A DNA stretch of 64,000 bases, from contig CAITMK010000001.1 in the NCBI GenBank assembly GCA_903893485.1, forward strand, positions 46,560 to 110,559, given 5' to 3'. Below, in pieces: positions 36,038-45,077 of this stretch. How positions within the stretch are numbered: the first letter of the stretch is position 1; every line of letters starts with the position of its first letter. Under the pieces are notes generated by a model. That model was not told the DNA's origin. It worked only from the letters and a program-made list of their open reading frames with translations, and did not search any database. The position numbers and the translations under genes are program-made. Source of the DNA: Candidatus Magasanikiibacteriota bacterium. GTDB lineage: Bacteria > Patescibacteriota > Patescibacteriia > Magasanikbacterales > 2-02-FULL-50-9b.

Positions 36038-36457
36038 TCAACTCGACGTTGGTGTGGGTTCATCCACCTCGATTCCGTTAGACGAAAGGTTCTCGACCAT
36101 CATCTGTAAAAATGCGATCGTGAGCAGCTGCTGAAGCATCATTCGTGCAACTATCCCAGTGAACTCATGAAGCTCCGCCTTCTGACGAACGATAAAGTCT
36201 TCATCAGAAAGCATCCGCAGCTGAATAGCCTTCCACTCATTGGCATCCAAAAGCGGTTGCAGCTGCTCCATCACCCCGAGCCCGGTCTCCGAATCCGGAA
36301 TCGCATATAACCGGTACTCGGTAAATTCCTGGTTACGAATCGCGATGTAGAACACTCCAACGAGATCCTTGAATTCATTGTAATCGAGCAGATGGCCAAT
36401 ATGACCGCATGTTTCAAGAACATACGCCGGCTTTGTGGCTGCGTCTGGTTTGCTCAT
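36038..36457 (-). CDS. Orphan protein (cassette 8, second gene)
   Basis: TAGGAGG SD overlapping the upstream stop; 139 aa. Confidence 0.7.
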   Translation of the reverse strand: MSKPDAATKPAYVLETCGHIGHLLDYNEFKDLVGVFYIAIRNQEFTEYRLYAIPDSETGLGVMEQLQPLLDANEWKAIQLRMLSDEDFIVRQKAELHEFTGIVARMMLQQLLTIAFLQMMVENLSSNGIEVDEPTPTSS

Positions 36458-36467
36458 CGTGTACCTC

Positions 36468-36980
36468 CTACTTCTTCACAGCCAGAAACAAGCACAGCTC
36501 GCTCCAACCAATATTGTTGAATGAAATGTCCAACGCGCGGCCACCTGCGAGCTCGTCCAAAAACGCGTACCCCTTGAAACCGAGTATTTCCAGCTCTGTA
36601 CCGAGGCACACAACCGGGAACTGAAGTTGCATATTGCGATATTTCGCCGCAAACGCCAACAGCTCAAGCAGTGTCGCCGGTCGAAGCCCACATGCACCCA
36701 TCTCAAAAAGAGCTTCCTCGGCCGTAACAACCCGCCGAAAATAAATCACCTCGAACCGAATTGTACGCTGCCCGTACTCAAAGATGTGGCGCAGCACTTG
36801 TATGCGCGTAAATTCTGGATGCTTCCAGTCGAACGCTGCCGCCGCAATCAAATCCTTGAACAAAATCTCGTAGTCCATGCGCACCAGCGCACTTACTACC
36901 CTAAACGCCGTTGCAAGCGCGGCCGCTTTTTTTGCCAGCTTACCCAAGTCAACATCTCTCCAATCTTCAAATGTCGCCAT
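36468..36980 (-). CDS. Hypothetical protein with RPATxxELLA motif (cassette 8, first gene)
   Basis: GGGAGG SD; promoter TTGACT-N17-TAATTT at 37008-37036; GLRPATLLELLAFAAKY...Q..FPVV.LG...W....FLAV. Confidence 0.75.
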   Translation of the reverse strand: MATFEDWRDVDLGKLAKKAAALATAFRVVSALVRMDYEILFKDLIAAAAFDWKHPEFTRIQVLRHIFEYGQRTIRFEVIYFRRVVTAEEALFEMGACGLRPATLLELLAFAAKYRNMQLQFPVVCLGTELEILGFKGYAFLDELAGGRALDISFNNIGWSELCLFLAVKK

Positions 36981-37039
36981 GATACCCTCCCAGAGTTTGG
37001 TACCCAAAAATTAGCACCAAAATAGCCACAAGTCAAGAT

Positions 37040-37100
37040 TTGACAAATCACACCCAATTCGCTACACTATTCCTATCTGCGCCCCACGGGGCTCTTTTTT
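37040..37100 (+). promoter_or_regulatory. secE-nusG-rplK promoter with leader hairpin and U-tract
   Basis: TTGACA-N17-TACACT, then GCCC-CACG-GGGC-TCTTTTTT before the secE ATG. Confidence 0.6.
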
Positions 37101-37110
37101 AGATAAAATT

Positions 37111-37302
37111 ATGTCACCTATCGACAAGCTCGCAACGTACCTGAAAGGCGCAAACGAAGAACTGCGCAAAGTAGTTTGGCCAACAAAAGACGAAACGATT
37201 CAAGCAACCATCGTGGTTATTGCCATGAGCATTGGTTTAGCCGCTTTCTTCTGGGTCCTTGACCTCATCTTCACAAAAGCCCTTTCGTACCTTATTAAGT
37301 AA
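37111..37302 (+). CDS. secE: Preprotein translocase SecE
   Basis: ELRKVVWPT, single TM, upstream of nusG. Confidence 0.95.
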   Translation: MSPIDKLATYLKGANEELRKVVWPTKDETIQATIVVIAMSIGLAAFFWVLDLIFTKALSYLIK

Positions 37303-37303
37303 T

Positions 37304-37849
37304 ATGCCAAAACAAACCCAAGAACTTGGTCGCCGATGGTATGTGATCCACACCTACTCCGGCTACGAAGACAACGTGTCTCGCAATCTCCTTCACCGCG
37401 TCGAAACCATGGCAATGAGTGACAAAATCTTCAACGTCCTGGTTCCAACAGAAAAAAAGATCAAAATCAAAAACGGCAAACGTCACACCGTAATCGAAAA
37501 GATCTTCCCTGGCTACGTGTTCGTTGAAATGAACGTGCAAGATGACTCATGGTATGTGGTGCGCAACACACCAAACGTTACCGGCTTCGTTGGCTCAGGC
37601 AACACACCAACCCCAATCTCAGAAGCAGAAATGAAAGCCCTCCAGAAGCGTATGGGCGTGGACGAACCTAAATATCACATCGATGTTACGGTTGGTTCTG
37701 CGGTCAAAATCGTTGACGGACCATTCAAAAACCTCGATGGCAAAATTAGCGACATCGATGAGGCACGCGGCAAAATCAAGGTCCTTGTTTCCATGTTCGG
37801 ACGTGAAACTCCAGTGGAACTTGACTTTTTACAGATAAAGAAAGTATAA
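37304..37849 (+). CDS. nusG: Transcription factor NusG
   Basis: [48 protein letters not shown]. Confidence 0.98.
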   Translation: MPKQTQELGRRWYVIHTYSGYEDNVSRNLLHRVETMAMSDKIFNVLVPTEKKIKIKNGKRHTVIEKIFPGYVFVEMNVQDDSWYVVRNTPNVTGFVGSGNTPTPISEAEMKALQKRMGVDEPKYHIDVTVGSAVKIVDGPFKNLDGKISDIDEARGKIKVLVSMFGRETPVELDFLQIKKV

Positions 37850-37859
37850 TCCTGCCACT

Positions 37860-38282
37860 ATGGCTAAAAAGATCAAAACCGTTATCAAATTGCAGATTCC
37901 AGGCGGCGCAGCTACCCCAGCACCTCCAGTAGGTCCAGCTTTGGGTCAGCATGGCTTAAACATCCAGGAATTTGTTACCAAATTCAATGCAGCAACTGCA
38001 GATCGCCGTGGCGAAACTGCTCCTTGCGAAATCACTGTTTACGATGATCGTACTTTTACTTTCATCCTCAAAACTCCTCCAGCTTCTGACCTTATCAAAA
38101 AGGCAGCAAAAATCACTTCTGGCTCTAAAAAGGCTCCAGGTGACAAAGTTGGCCGCATTACCAAAGCTCAGGCCTTGGAAATTGCAGCTCGCAAGATGCC
38201 AGACCTTAACACCACTAATCCAGAAGCAGCAGCTCGCATGATTGCTGGTACTGCTCGCCAGATGGGTGTAGATGTTATCTAA
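37860..38282 (+). CDS. rplK: 50S ribosomal protein L11
   Basis: [35 protein letters not shown]. Confidence 0.99.
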   Translation: MAKKIKTVIKLQIPGGAATPAPPVGPALGQHGLNIQEFVTKFNAATADRRGETAPCEITVYDDRTFTFILKTPPASDLIKKAAKITSGSKKAPGDKVGRITKAQALEIAARKMPDLNTTNPEAAARMIAGTARQMGVDVI

Positions 38283-38296
38283 TCTCACGCAAAATT

Positions 38297-38323
38297 AAAA
38301 ACCGCCCTTCGGGGCGGTTTTTT
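38297..38323 (+). terminator. rplK terminator
   Basis: AAAAACCGCCC-TTCG-GGGCGGTTTTTT. Confidence 0.9.
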
Positions 38324-38328
38324 GTTGC

Positions 38329-38386
38329 AAAAAAAAGACGCCAGTTGGTATCAGTAGCGCGCAGCCACCGACATACCTTCTGACGT
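38329..38386 (-). terminator. Long hairpin terminator of cassette 9
   Basis: ACGTCAG-AA-GGTATGTCGGTGGC-loop-GCTACTGATACC-AA-CTGGCGT plus T8. Confidence 0.7.
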
Positions 38387-38387
38387 T

Positions 38388-39068
38388 TCACTTCCTGAAC
38401 AAGGCCCGCAGCACGCTCAGCGAAAATTCGAATCGAATCACGCGCAAGTCGCCGTCCGCCAATTCAAGATGTTTCTTCATGGCGCTGTGCGAGGACATGG
38501 TCCGCGCCTGTTCGTAGACCTCAATCGCAGTACCCGGCGGAAACAGATTGATCTGATCGACCGAGGTAACACGCTGCGAAAACGCGGTCGGCGCCTCGCT
38601 GCCCGCTCCCTGCACCTCCACGAAATGCGTGTAGTGCTGACGAACACGTGTCTGACCACCAAACGGTGCCGCAATAACCCCATGCCCCTTTACTGGTAGC
38701 GCAAGCTCATGATACGGGCCGGAAGCGTCGGTAGCACCCGGCCGCAGTTGCTGCCGAAGCACCCAACGATGTTTGCCGCCGTCAACATCAGACCACCAGA
38801 TCACCAGCGTCGCGTCAGCCATGAGGCTGAGCACCGCGCGATCCCCTCTACGAATCGCGATGCCCGCGAGCAGTCCACCGGCGAACGGTGTCATGCACAC
38901 GACACCACTTTCCGGCGTAACGGACATACTTTCGCGACTAAGCCCGACGCTTTTCAGCGCTTGGATTGCAGGCAATGTCACCCGACCATCCAAGCACTCA
39001 AACAGCAGGTCTTTGGGTTTCTTCACAGATACCGGCGGCTCCTCGAGCCGAATGTCTGACTGGCACAT
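38388..39068 (-). CDS. GC-rich orphan protein (cassette 9)
   Basis: AAGGAGG SD before MCQSD; about 226 aa. Confidence 0.7.
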   Translation of the reverse strand: MCQSDIRLEEPPVSVKKPKDLLFECLDGRVTLPAIQALKSVGLSRESMSVTPESGVVCMTPFAGGLLAGIAIRRGDRAVLSLMADATLVIWWSDVDGGKHRWVLRQQLRPGATDASGPYHELALPVKGHGVIAAPFGGQTRVRQHYTHFVEVQGAGSEAPTAFSQRVTSVDQINLFPPGTAIEVYEQARTMSSHSAMKKHLELADGDLRVIRFEFSLSVLRALFRK

Positions 39069-39110
39069 GGCCAACCTCCTTCGAAATGTGGTTTAAGATA
39101 ACAAAAGAGC

Positions 39111-39146
39111 ACCGCCAACAATATCAAATTGTTGGCGGTTTGTCAA
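39111..39146 (-). promoter_or_regulatory. 12-bp perfect inverted repeat (likely thrS terminator) overlapping the cassette 9 promoter
   Basis: ACCGCCAACAAT-N5-ATTGTTGGCGGT; TTGACA-N17-TATTGT. Confidence 0.65.
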
Positions 39147-39160
39147 TAGTAGCTCTTAAA

Positions 39161-40969
39161 TTATGCTGAACGCTCTGAGGAAACCTTTACGGCGTATTCA
39201 ATAAATTCGTCCGCGGACAAAATAAGCGGCTCTTTTACACCACGAACACGGATCTGAAGCGCACCGCCGTCAACTTCTTTTTGACCAAACACAATAGAAA
39301 GTGGGATTTTTTCGGTTTCTGATTTGCGAACTTTCGCACCAATTGTTCCGGCGTCCGCGTCCATTTCAGCGCGAATTCCCGCGGCCCGCAAACGACGAAC
39401 AAATAACATTGCCGCGTCTGCAAACGCATCTGAAACTGGCAGTAAGCGTACCTGCACCGGAGCAAGCCAAATTGGAAACGCGCCCGCGAAATGCTCGATT
39501 GCAATACTAATAAATCGCTCAAACGAACCCATGATCGCGCAATGGATCATGACGATTTGTTCTTTTTCGCTCTGCTCGTTAACACAGGTCAAACCAAAAC
39601 TCTTTGGCTGGTTAAAATCCAATTGAATCGTTGCCACCTGCCATGAACGGCCAAGTGAATCTTTTGCCATGAAATCAATCTTTGGACCGTAAAAAGCTGC
39701 TTCGCCTGGACCATCGGTCCACTCGACCTTCTTTTCGCTCAAAATATCACGAAGTGCCTGCTCTGCCTTATCCCAATCTTCTGCAGCGCCCAAATATTTT
39801 TCTGGCGCTGCAGAATCACGGCGTGACAAACGTGGCACCAACGTAAAACCAAACGCGTTATAAAAAGTCTGAATAATATTCCACACAATTTCAGCCTCTT
39901 GGCCGATTTGCGACACGCGGCAAAATACATGCGCATCATCTTGTGTAATCGAAAGCACACGTGACAAGCCCGACAATTCACCAGATTGCTCATCGCGATA
40001 CACCATGGTGGTTTCGGCGTAACGAATCGGCAAATCGCGATATGAACGCTGTTCGCTTGCATAAATCTGCGTGTGATGTGGGCAGTTCATCGGCTTCATT
40101 GCAAACAAATGATCTTCACGCGTTTTGATTTTAAACAAATCCTCAGCGTATTTTGCCCAATGGCCAGATGTTTCGTATAAATCTTTTTTGGTAATGTGAG
40201 GAATGGTCACACGCTGATAATCGTATGCCTTGCGGAGGCTCCACACAAAATCATTCAATGTTTCGCGGAGCATGGTTCCCTTTGGTGTCCAAAGCGGCAA
40301 GCCCGGACCAACCAAATCGGAAAACACAAACAAACCCATTTCCTTGCCCAATTTACGATGGTCGCGCTTTTCAGCTTCTTCTTGCCAACGCAAAAATTCG
40401 TCCAACTCCGTTTGTGTTGCAAAAGCCAAACCATACACGCGAGTGAGCTGATCGTTTTCTGAATTGCCACGCCAATACGCGCCAGCAATTTTATTCAATT
40501 TAAATGCACCAATTTTGCCCGTGTCAGTTACGTGTGGTCCGCGGCACAAATCAACAAATTCGCCAGTTTCATAAACACTCGCAACCAATGGTTTTTCTGG
40601 ATCAAAATCCTGCAATTCTTCTTCTTTCAAATTTGTGGTGCCACGAGTTTTCAAATCGCGAAGCAATTCAACTTTATATGTTTGCCCGCGGCCAGCAAAA
40701 AATTCAATCGCTTCATCGATTGGCATTTCGCGGCGCGTAAATGGCAATTTGCGTCCAGCCAATTCGCGCATTTTGTTTTCGATCATTTCAAAATCTTCGG
40801 CGCTTAACGTTTTTGGAGTTTTAACATCGTAATAAAATCCATTTTCAATAACTGGGCCAACACCAAACTGTGTTCCTGGATATAATTCATTTAAAGCAGC
40901 CGCAAGCAAATGCGCGGTTGAATGGCGCATTGCATCAATTTCGGTAAATTCGTGAATATGTTTTGCCAT
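39161..40969 (-). CDS. thrS: Threonine--tRNA ligase
   Basis: RHSTAH, DLCRGPH, RDHRKLG, KPMNCPHH, GL.RV...QDDAH, AFYGPKID, GS.ERF. Confidence 0.98.
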   Translation of the reverse strand: MAKHIHEFTEIDAMRHSTAHLLAAALNELYPGTQFGVGPVIENGFYYDVKTPKTLSAEDFEMIENKMRELAGRKLPFTRREMPIDEAIEFFAGRGQTYKVELLRDLKTRGTTNLKEEELQDFDPEKPLVASVYETGEFVDLCRGPHVTDTGKIGAFKLNKIAGAYWRGNSENDQLTRVYGLAFATQTELDEFLRWQEEAEKRDHRKLGKEMGLFVFSDLVGPGLPLWTPKGTMLRETLNDFVWSLRKAYDYQRVTIPHITKKDLYETSGHWAKYAEDLFKIKTREDHLFAMKPMNCPHHTQIYASEQRSYRDLPIRYAETTMVYRDEQSGELSGLSRVLSITQDDAHVFCRVSQIGQEAEIVWNIIQTFYNAFGFTLVPRLSRRDSAAPEKYLGAAEDWDKAEQALRDILSEKKVEWTDGPGEAAFYGPKIDFMAKDSLGRSWQVATIQLDFNQPKSFGLTCVNEQSEKEQIVMIHCAIMGSFERFISIAIEHFAGAFPIWLAPVQVRLLPVSDAFADAAMLFVRRLRAAGIRAEMDADAGTIGAKVRKSETEKIPLSIVFGQKEVDGGALQIRVRGVKEPLILSADEFIEYAVKVSSERSA

Positions 40970-40976
40970 AGAAGAT

Positions 40977-41000
40977 AAAAAAGGCCCTCGCGGGGCCTTT
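40977..41000 (-). terminator. Terminator of the 42197-41033 unit, adjoining the thrS promoter
   Basis: AAAGGCCC-CGCGA-GGGCCTTTTTT; TTGCGC-N17-TATAGT at 41001-41029. Confidence 0.7.
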
Positions 41001-41032
41001 ACTATACTGAATTATGTATTTTTGCGCAAGGA

Positions 41033-41896
41033 TTATAAGCGCTCATCAAGTGGAGATTTTGTGGGCTGCACTCGATTCTGATCTGCCATACGTTTGAGCA
41101 CGGCCATTGGATCTTCAGCTTGTGGCGCAACTACCGGAGCGGGCGGTTGCTGCACAGGTTGCCCTATATATTGTGGTGGTGGCTGAGTTGGTATTGGCGG
41201 CATCACAGGCTGATTATTCATCGGCGCAACTGGCATCTGACCAGATCCATATTGCTCTGGCCCGCCATAACCAGGGGCATATCCGGGTTGTCCCGTCCAA
41301 GGCATTTGTGGCGGTGCAAACCGTGGATCTGGATTATAATTTGGACCATACACGCCCGGTGTATTTACTGGGTGATACTGTGGCGCACCAGAATAAACAT
41401 AGCCTGGAGGTGCCATTTGTGGCTGCGGGTATCCTCTCATATTTGGTGGTGGTGGCGGCATTGGCCCACCATATCCCATATTTGAACCACCCATCCCCAT
41501 GCCACTATAACGTGGACTGCCATCTGGCCAAACAGCCTGCCCTGGCATCGCTGCTCGACCGGTGCCGCCGACCATACGCATCTGAGGCATGTTTACACCA
41601 ACTCCACCAGAAACATAAACATTAATTCCCGGATTTGCCTCGGCTTCAGCTGGATGAATTGCGTTTAAAGCGCTTAAAGCACCCGCAGCTAAAAGTGCAT
41701 TACGAACTGATCGTGATGCATGCGAACCGGTCATGCGGAATTTAGCAAAAATTCGACTCAACACATGTGGATTTTCTGCACGTAAAGTTGTCGCAGCTTC
41801 GCTCGCACGCTGTTTTGTATAAACTTCTACACCACTTAACCCATGAGCAGCGCGATCTTCTGGTCTTGGCGCCCAATTATGTTTATCCATGTTCAT
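41033..41896 (-). CDS. Pro/Gly/Met/Tyr/Gln-rich low-complexity protein with delayed signal-like segment
   Basis: RSVRNALLAAGALSALNAIHPAEAEA followed by PPGY/GPNY/PGY-rich region. Confidence 0.65.
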   Translation of the reverse strand: MNMDKHNWAPRPEDRAAHGLSGVEVYTKQRASEAATTLRAENPHVLSRIFAKFRMTGSHASRSVRNALLAAGALSALNAIHPAEAEANPGINVYVSGGVGVNMPQMRMVGGTGRAAMPGQAVWPDGSPRYSGMGMGGSNMGYGGPMPPPPPNMRGYPQPQMAPPGYVYSGAPQYHPVNTPGVYGPNYNPDPRFAPPQMPWTGQPGYAPGYGGPEQYGSGQMPVAPMNNQPVMPPIPTQPPPQYIGQPVQQPPAPVVAPQAEDPMAVLKRMADQNRVQPTKSPLDERL

Positions 41897-41897
41897 A

Positions 41898-42197
41898 TTA
41901 TTTTTTCTGAGTTGCTAAAAATTGCTCCCGAAAAGACTCGCGTGATTCTGCCAAAATTGCATCCCCCGCGCCAACATGTGAACGTACAAACTCGATGATT
42001 GCGTCTTGATCCGGGTCATCGCGCATAAAATCCTCAAGATTATTAAACTCGGTCTGAGGCAACTTATCAAGCAAATTAAGCACAAAAAGTTGCTTAAGCT
42101 GCAGTTCCAAATCTGCAATCAGCTCTTCGTGCTGATCTGGCGCTAATTCAATAGCACTTTCGGCCAAAAGACCCTCGACAAAAGAACGTTCATCCAT
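41898..42197 (-). CDS. Small acidic helical protein (DUF5663-like)
   Basis: 99 aa acidic helical pattern (L.P.Q.EE....L...L......LL..L) recalled as a CPR family. Confidence 0.55.
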   Translation of the reverse strand: MDERSFVEGLLAESAIELAPDQHEELIADLELQLKQLFVLNLLDKLPQTEFNNLEDFMRDDPDQDAIIEFVRSHVGAGDAILAESRESFREQFLATQKK

Positions 42198-42232
42198 ACG
42201 ATTTCAAATAATGTAGCTAAAGTATATCACAC

Positions 42233-42310
42233 TTGACGAAACACACCGTAAATGATATCCTGTGGACACTTCATTCATGTGGGAGACTGGCCTTGGCCGT
42301 CGCTAACCAC
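42233..42310 (+). promoter_or_regulatory. rplA promoter and L1-binding leader
   Basis: TTGACG-N17-TATCCT; GTGGGAG-(GGCC-TT-GGCC stem)-CTAACCAC at 42279-42310 resembles the L1 mRNA target. Confidence 0.75.
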
Positions 42311-42324
42311 GTAACAAAATCACT

Positions 42325-43011
42325 ATGGCACACGTTGGAAAAACGTACGCAGCAGCAGCTTCATTGATCGACAAGAAAAAAACGTATCCTTTAGACGAAG
42401 CAATCGCTTTGATTGAAAAGTTCCCAAAGCGTTCATTCGACGAATCAATTGAATTGCACATGCACTTGGGCATTGACCCAAAAAAAGGTGATCAGCAGGT
42501 TCGCGGTACATTTGTACTCGCTCACTCAGCTGGTAAACAGAAGCGCATTATCGCTTTTGTAAACTCTTCAGAAGAAAAGGAAGCGAAAGACGCTGGCGCT
42601 GACATTGTTGGCGGCGAAGAATTGATTGAAGAAATCATCAAAACTGGTAAATTGGACTTCGACATCGCCGTTGCAACTCCATCAATGATGCCTAAGCTTT
42701 CAAAGCTTGCTAAAACTTTGGGGCCAAAAGGTTTAATGCCTAACCCAAAAACAGACACCGTTTCACCAAACGTAACCAAAATGATCTCGGAACTTCGCCG
42801 TGGTAAGGTTGCTTTCAAAAACGATGACACTGGCAACATGCACCTCCCTGTTGCAAAACGTTCACAGACAACAGAACAGCTCAAAGAAAACTTGACGATC
42901 GCAATTGACGCCGTAAAACGCGCAAAGCCTGCATCATCAAAAGGTACTTACATTGCAAGTGCGTTTCTTACCACTTCAATGGGTCCAAGCGTAAAGATCA
43001 ACTTGGCATAA
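42325..43011 (+). CDS. rplA: 50S ribosomal protein L1
   Basis: FDES.E....LGID, DQQVRG, LGPKGLMPNPK, KGTYI, TSMGP. Confidence 0.99.
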   Translation: MAHVGKTYAAAASLIDKKKTYPLDEAIALIEKFPKRSFDESIELHMHLGIDPKKGDQQVRGTFVLAHSAGKQKRIIAFVNSSEEKEAKDAGADIVGGEELIEEIIKTGKLDFDIAVATPSMMPKLSKLAKTLGPKGLMPNPKTDTVSPNVTKMISELRRGKVAFKNDDTGNMHLPVAKRSQTTEQLKENLTIAIDAVKRAKPASSKGTYIASAFLTTSMGPSVKINLA

Positions 43012-43020
43012 TCGCCAAAC

Positions 43021-43052
43021 AAAAAAGCCTCCGGGAAACCGGAGGCTTTTTT
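43021..43052. terminator. Bidirectional terminator after rplA
   Basis: AAAAAAGCCTCCGG-GAAA-CCGGAGGCTTTTTT. Confidence 0.9.
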
Positions 43053-43062
43053 AATTCAGCTT

Positions 43063-43761
43063 TTAGCGCTGAACCATCGAGATGTTAGAAACTTGGATCG
43101 AAGCATCTTCGGTGTAGAAACCATATTTGCCGTCGGCTGTTAACACGTCCTTTGCAGACATGGTGTACTGCATGGTTTTTTTGCCGTTAATCGTCATGGT
43201 GATCACATTATTCGCTACATCAAGTGTAACGTTATAATTGGTGTTGATCGGAAACATATCTTGGCCAAAGTTTGAGGTATACAAGAAATCTTGCTTGTTA
43301 TTCAAAAGCGATTCACCCATTTCAACACCGTAACCAGCTGGTTTCAAAATAATATATTTGAAAGCGCCGGTATCTTTGTAGCCAAAAACCAACCAACCAA
43401 CTTCCCATGCATTTGGCGCAGATCCGGTACGGAGCTGGCTTACTGTTTTCATGGTGTAATTCAGCTGGAATGGCTGATGAACACTAACGTTACTCACGGT
43501 TAATGCAGAATGGGTTTCGCCAGGCTGCGTTGATGCCATTGGCGCCATTGCAAGCATTTGAGTTGCCGGATTCCATGTAACAGAGCCGTAACCATCAAAA
43601 ATAGTAGTGCCACCCCAATTTGCAGTGCTTGCTTGCACCTGCGTTTGTGCCGGTGTTTTTGTTTTAATTTTTACCTTTGTCTTAGCCAACGCAAAACCCT
43701 GTGGCAAAACTACCACAAAAACCGCTAACATTGCGCCCGCTAAAAGGTTATATTTTTTCAT
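43063..43761 (-). CDS. Secreted concanavalin-A/LamG-like beta-sandwich protein (DUF1080-like)
   Basis: Signal peptide; FDGYG, QLR....PNAWEVGW, GKYGFYTEDA.I...NI. Confidence 0.6.
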   Translation of the reverse strand: MKKYNLLAGAMLAVFVVVLPQGFALAKTKVKIKTKTPAQTQVQASTANWGGTTIFDGYGSVTWNPATQMLAMAPMASTQPGETHSALTVSNVSVHQPFQLNYTMKTVSQLRTGSAPNAWEVGWLVFGYKDTGAFKYIILKPAGYGVEMGESLLNNKQDFLYTSNFGQDMFPINTNYNVTLDVANNVITMTINGKKTMQYTMSAKDVLTADGKYGFYTEDASIQVSNISMVQR

Positions 43762-43802
43762 AGAATTACGAAAAGTAATACCTTATTATTACCACAAAAT
43801 CG

Positions 43803-44186
43803 CTATTTTGTCAATGCTGCAATCGCCAAAGCAATATTCGGTGCGCAATCGGCTGGCAAATTGGCAATATCATGCCACGCCCATTCGCGAACTTCTGCGT
43901 CAGGCGTAATTTCCCCGCCGATAATTTTGGCTACATAATGTATCAAAATCACCCATTCACGCACCCCATTTTTAGTGCGTTCAAATTGCAAAACCGCCGG
44001 ATCGCCAGACAATTCAACATCCACACCTAATTCTTCTTTCACTTCGCGAATTGCATTTGCGCGCGGTGAATTATCGTCGAATAATCGACCACCTGGAAAT
44101 TTCCAAAACGTGTCGTCACCATGTTTTACCAGCGCAACTTTGCCATCCTGAATAATCACAGGCCCGGTTGCAATCGTCAGTGCCAT
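43803..44186 (-). CDS. Nudix hydrolase
   Basis: WKFPGGR......NAIREVKEELG Nudix box. Confidence 0.9.
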   Translation of the reverse strand: MALTIATGPVIIQDGKVALVKHGDDTFWKFPGGRLFDDNSPRANAIREVKEELGVDVELSGDPAVLQFERTKNGVREWVILIHYVAKIIGGEITPDAEVREWAWHDIANLPADCAPNIALAIAALTK

Positions 44187-44249
44187 TGGTTCACCCGCCG
44201 GCGTAACACTTGGATACGAATAGTATTCAATCATATAAATCACTGTATC

Positions 44250-44296
44250 AAAAAAATAACCTCCGGGCCAGCGCGAACGCTAACACCGAAGGGTTA
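44250..44296 (-). terminator. Long hairpin terminator of cassette 10
   Basis: TAACCCTTCGGTGTTAGCG-TTCG-CGCTGGCCCGGAGGTTA plus T7. Confidence 0.7.
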
Positions 44297-44309
44297 CTGC
44301 TCGCGAGGG

Positions 44310-44936
44310 TTATCCCGCGGCGTGTGGCTCATCCACCAAAGAGACGGAAAACGGCAGCCACTGCGCAAGCGCGGCGCTCAGCTCAAGCCGAAACGCACCT
44401 TCGCCAATCATTCCGGACAATTCGATGAGTTTTCCATGCCAATTCACAAACGCCTGTACTTGTTCACGATCATGCACGTCGCTGAACTCGACACGAATCT
44501 TGTATAGAATCTGCGTTGGCCTCTGTCCACGGTTGTGTGCCACATGACACATTTGAAAATCCATTACTGGATCCACCGTGAAGATGCGCTGCATATCCCG
44601 CGAATGCACGCCTGGCGGCGGCACATAAACATCCAGCGACGGATAATACGGAAGCCACCAGAAACTGCGGTTCGGTGAAAGATCCTTTGGCAGAACAATA
44701 ACCAGTGTTCCACGCGCCTTGAGCCCGTCGGAGACGTGTGATGCAAGAAGAAAGCAGACTCCGGCAACGAGCAGCATGATCACTGTCGGTACTACTGCCG
44801 GAAAAAGTGGGTACGCCAACGCAAGCGCCACAAAGAGGATGCAGCCACCAGAAGAGTTCAGAAGATAAAGCAATCGCCGACTCGCAGGCGGAGCAACCTT
44901 CGCCAGACAAGGAAGTTTATTCGTAGAATCCGACAT
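44310..44936 (-). CDS. GC-rich orphan membrane protein, 2 TM (cassette 10)
   Basis: GGGAG SD before MSDST; promoter TTGACA-N17-TATACC at 44986-45014. Confidence 0.65.
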   Translation of the reverse strand: MSDSTNKLPCLAKVAPPASRRLLYLLNSSGGCILFVALALAYPLFPAVVPTVIMLLVAGVCFLLASHVSDGLKARGTLVIVLPKDLSPNRSFWWLPYYPSLDVYVPPPGVHSRDMQRIFTVDPVMDFQMCHVAHNRGQRPTQILYKIRVEFSDVHDREQVQAFVNWHGKLIELSGMIGEGAFRLELSAALAQWLPFSVSLVDEPHAAG

Positions 44937-45077
44937 GACCGACTCCCATAGCTCACTTGGAGCACGTCCTTCATTGGACATTACAGGTATACCAGCCTAT
45001 GGCCATAGTGTCAAAATAGGATCAAAGACTACAATCACTTGCGAGTATCAAAACTTTCCTTTACAATGCTTCCAACT

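Noticed and set aside
35245-36081. 278-aa + strand ORF, and similar antisense ORFs over cassettes (e.g. 26471-26902, 12325-12684, 38709-39059)
   Set aside because: Shadow ORFs of GC-rich genes; promoter, SD and terminator all support the opposite strand.
40977-41029. T-box or attenuator upstream of thrS
   Set aside because: The leader is too short and has no T-box motif; the predicted TSS falls inside the hairpin, which fits a terminator of the upstream unit.
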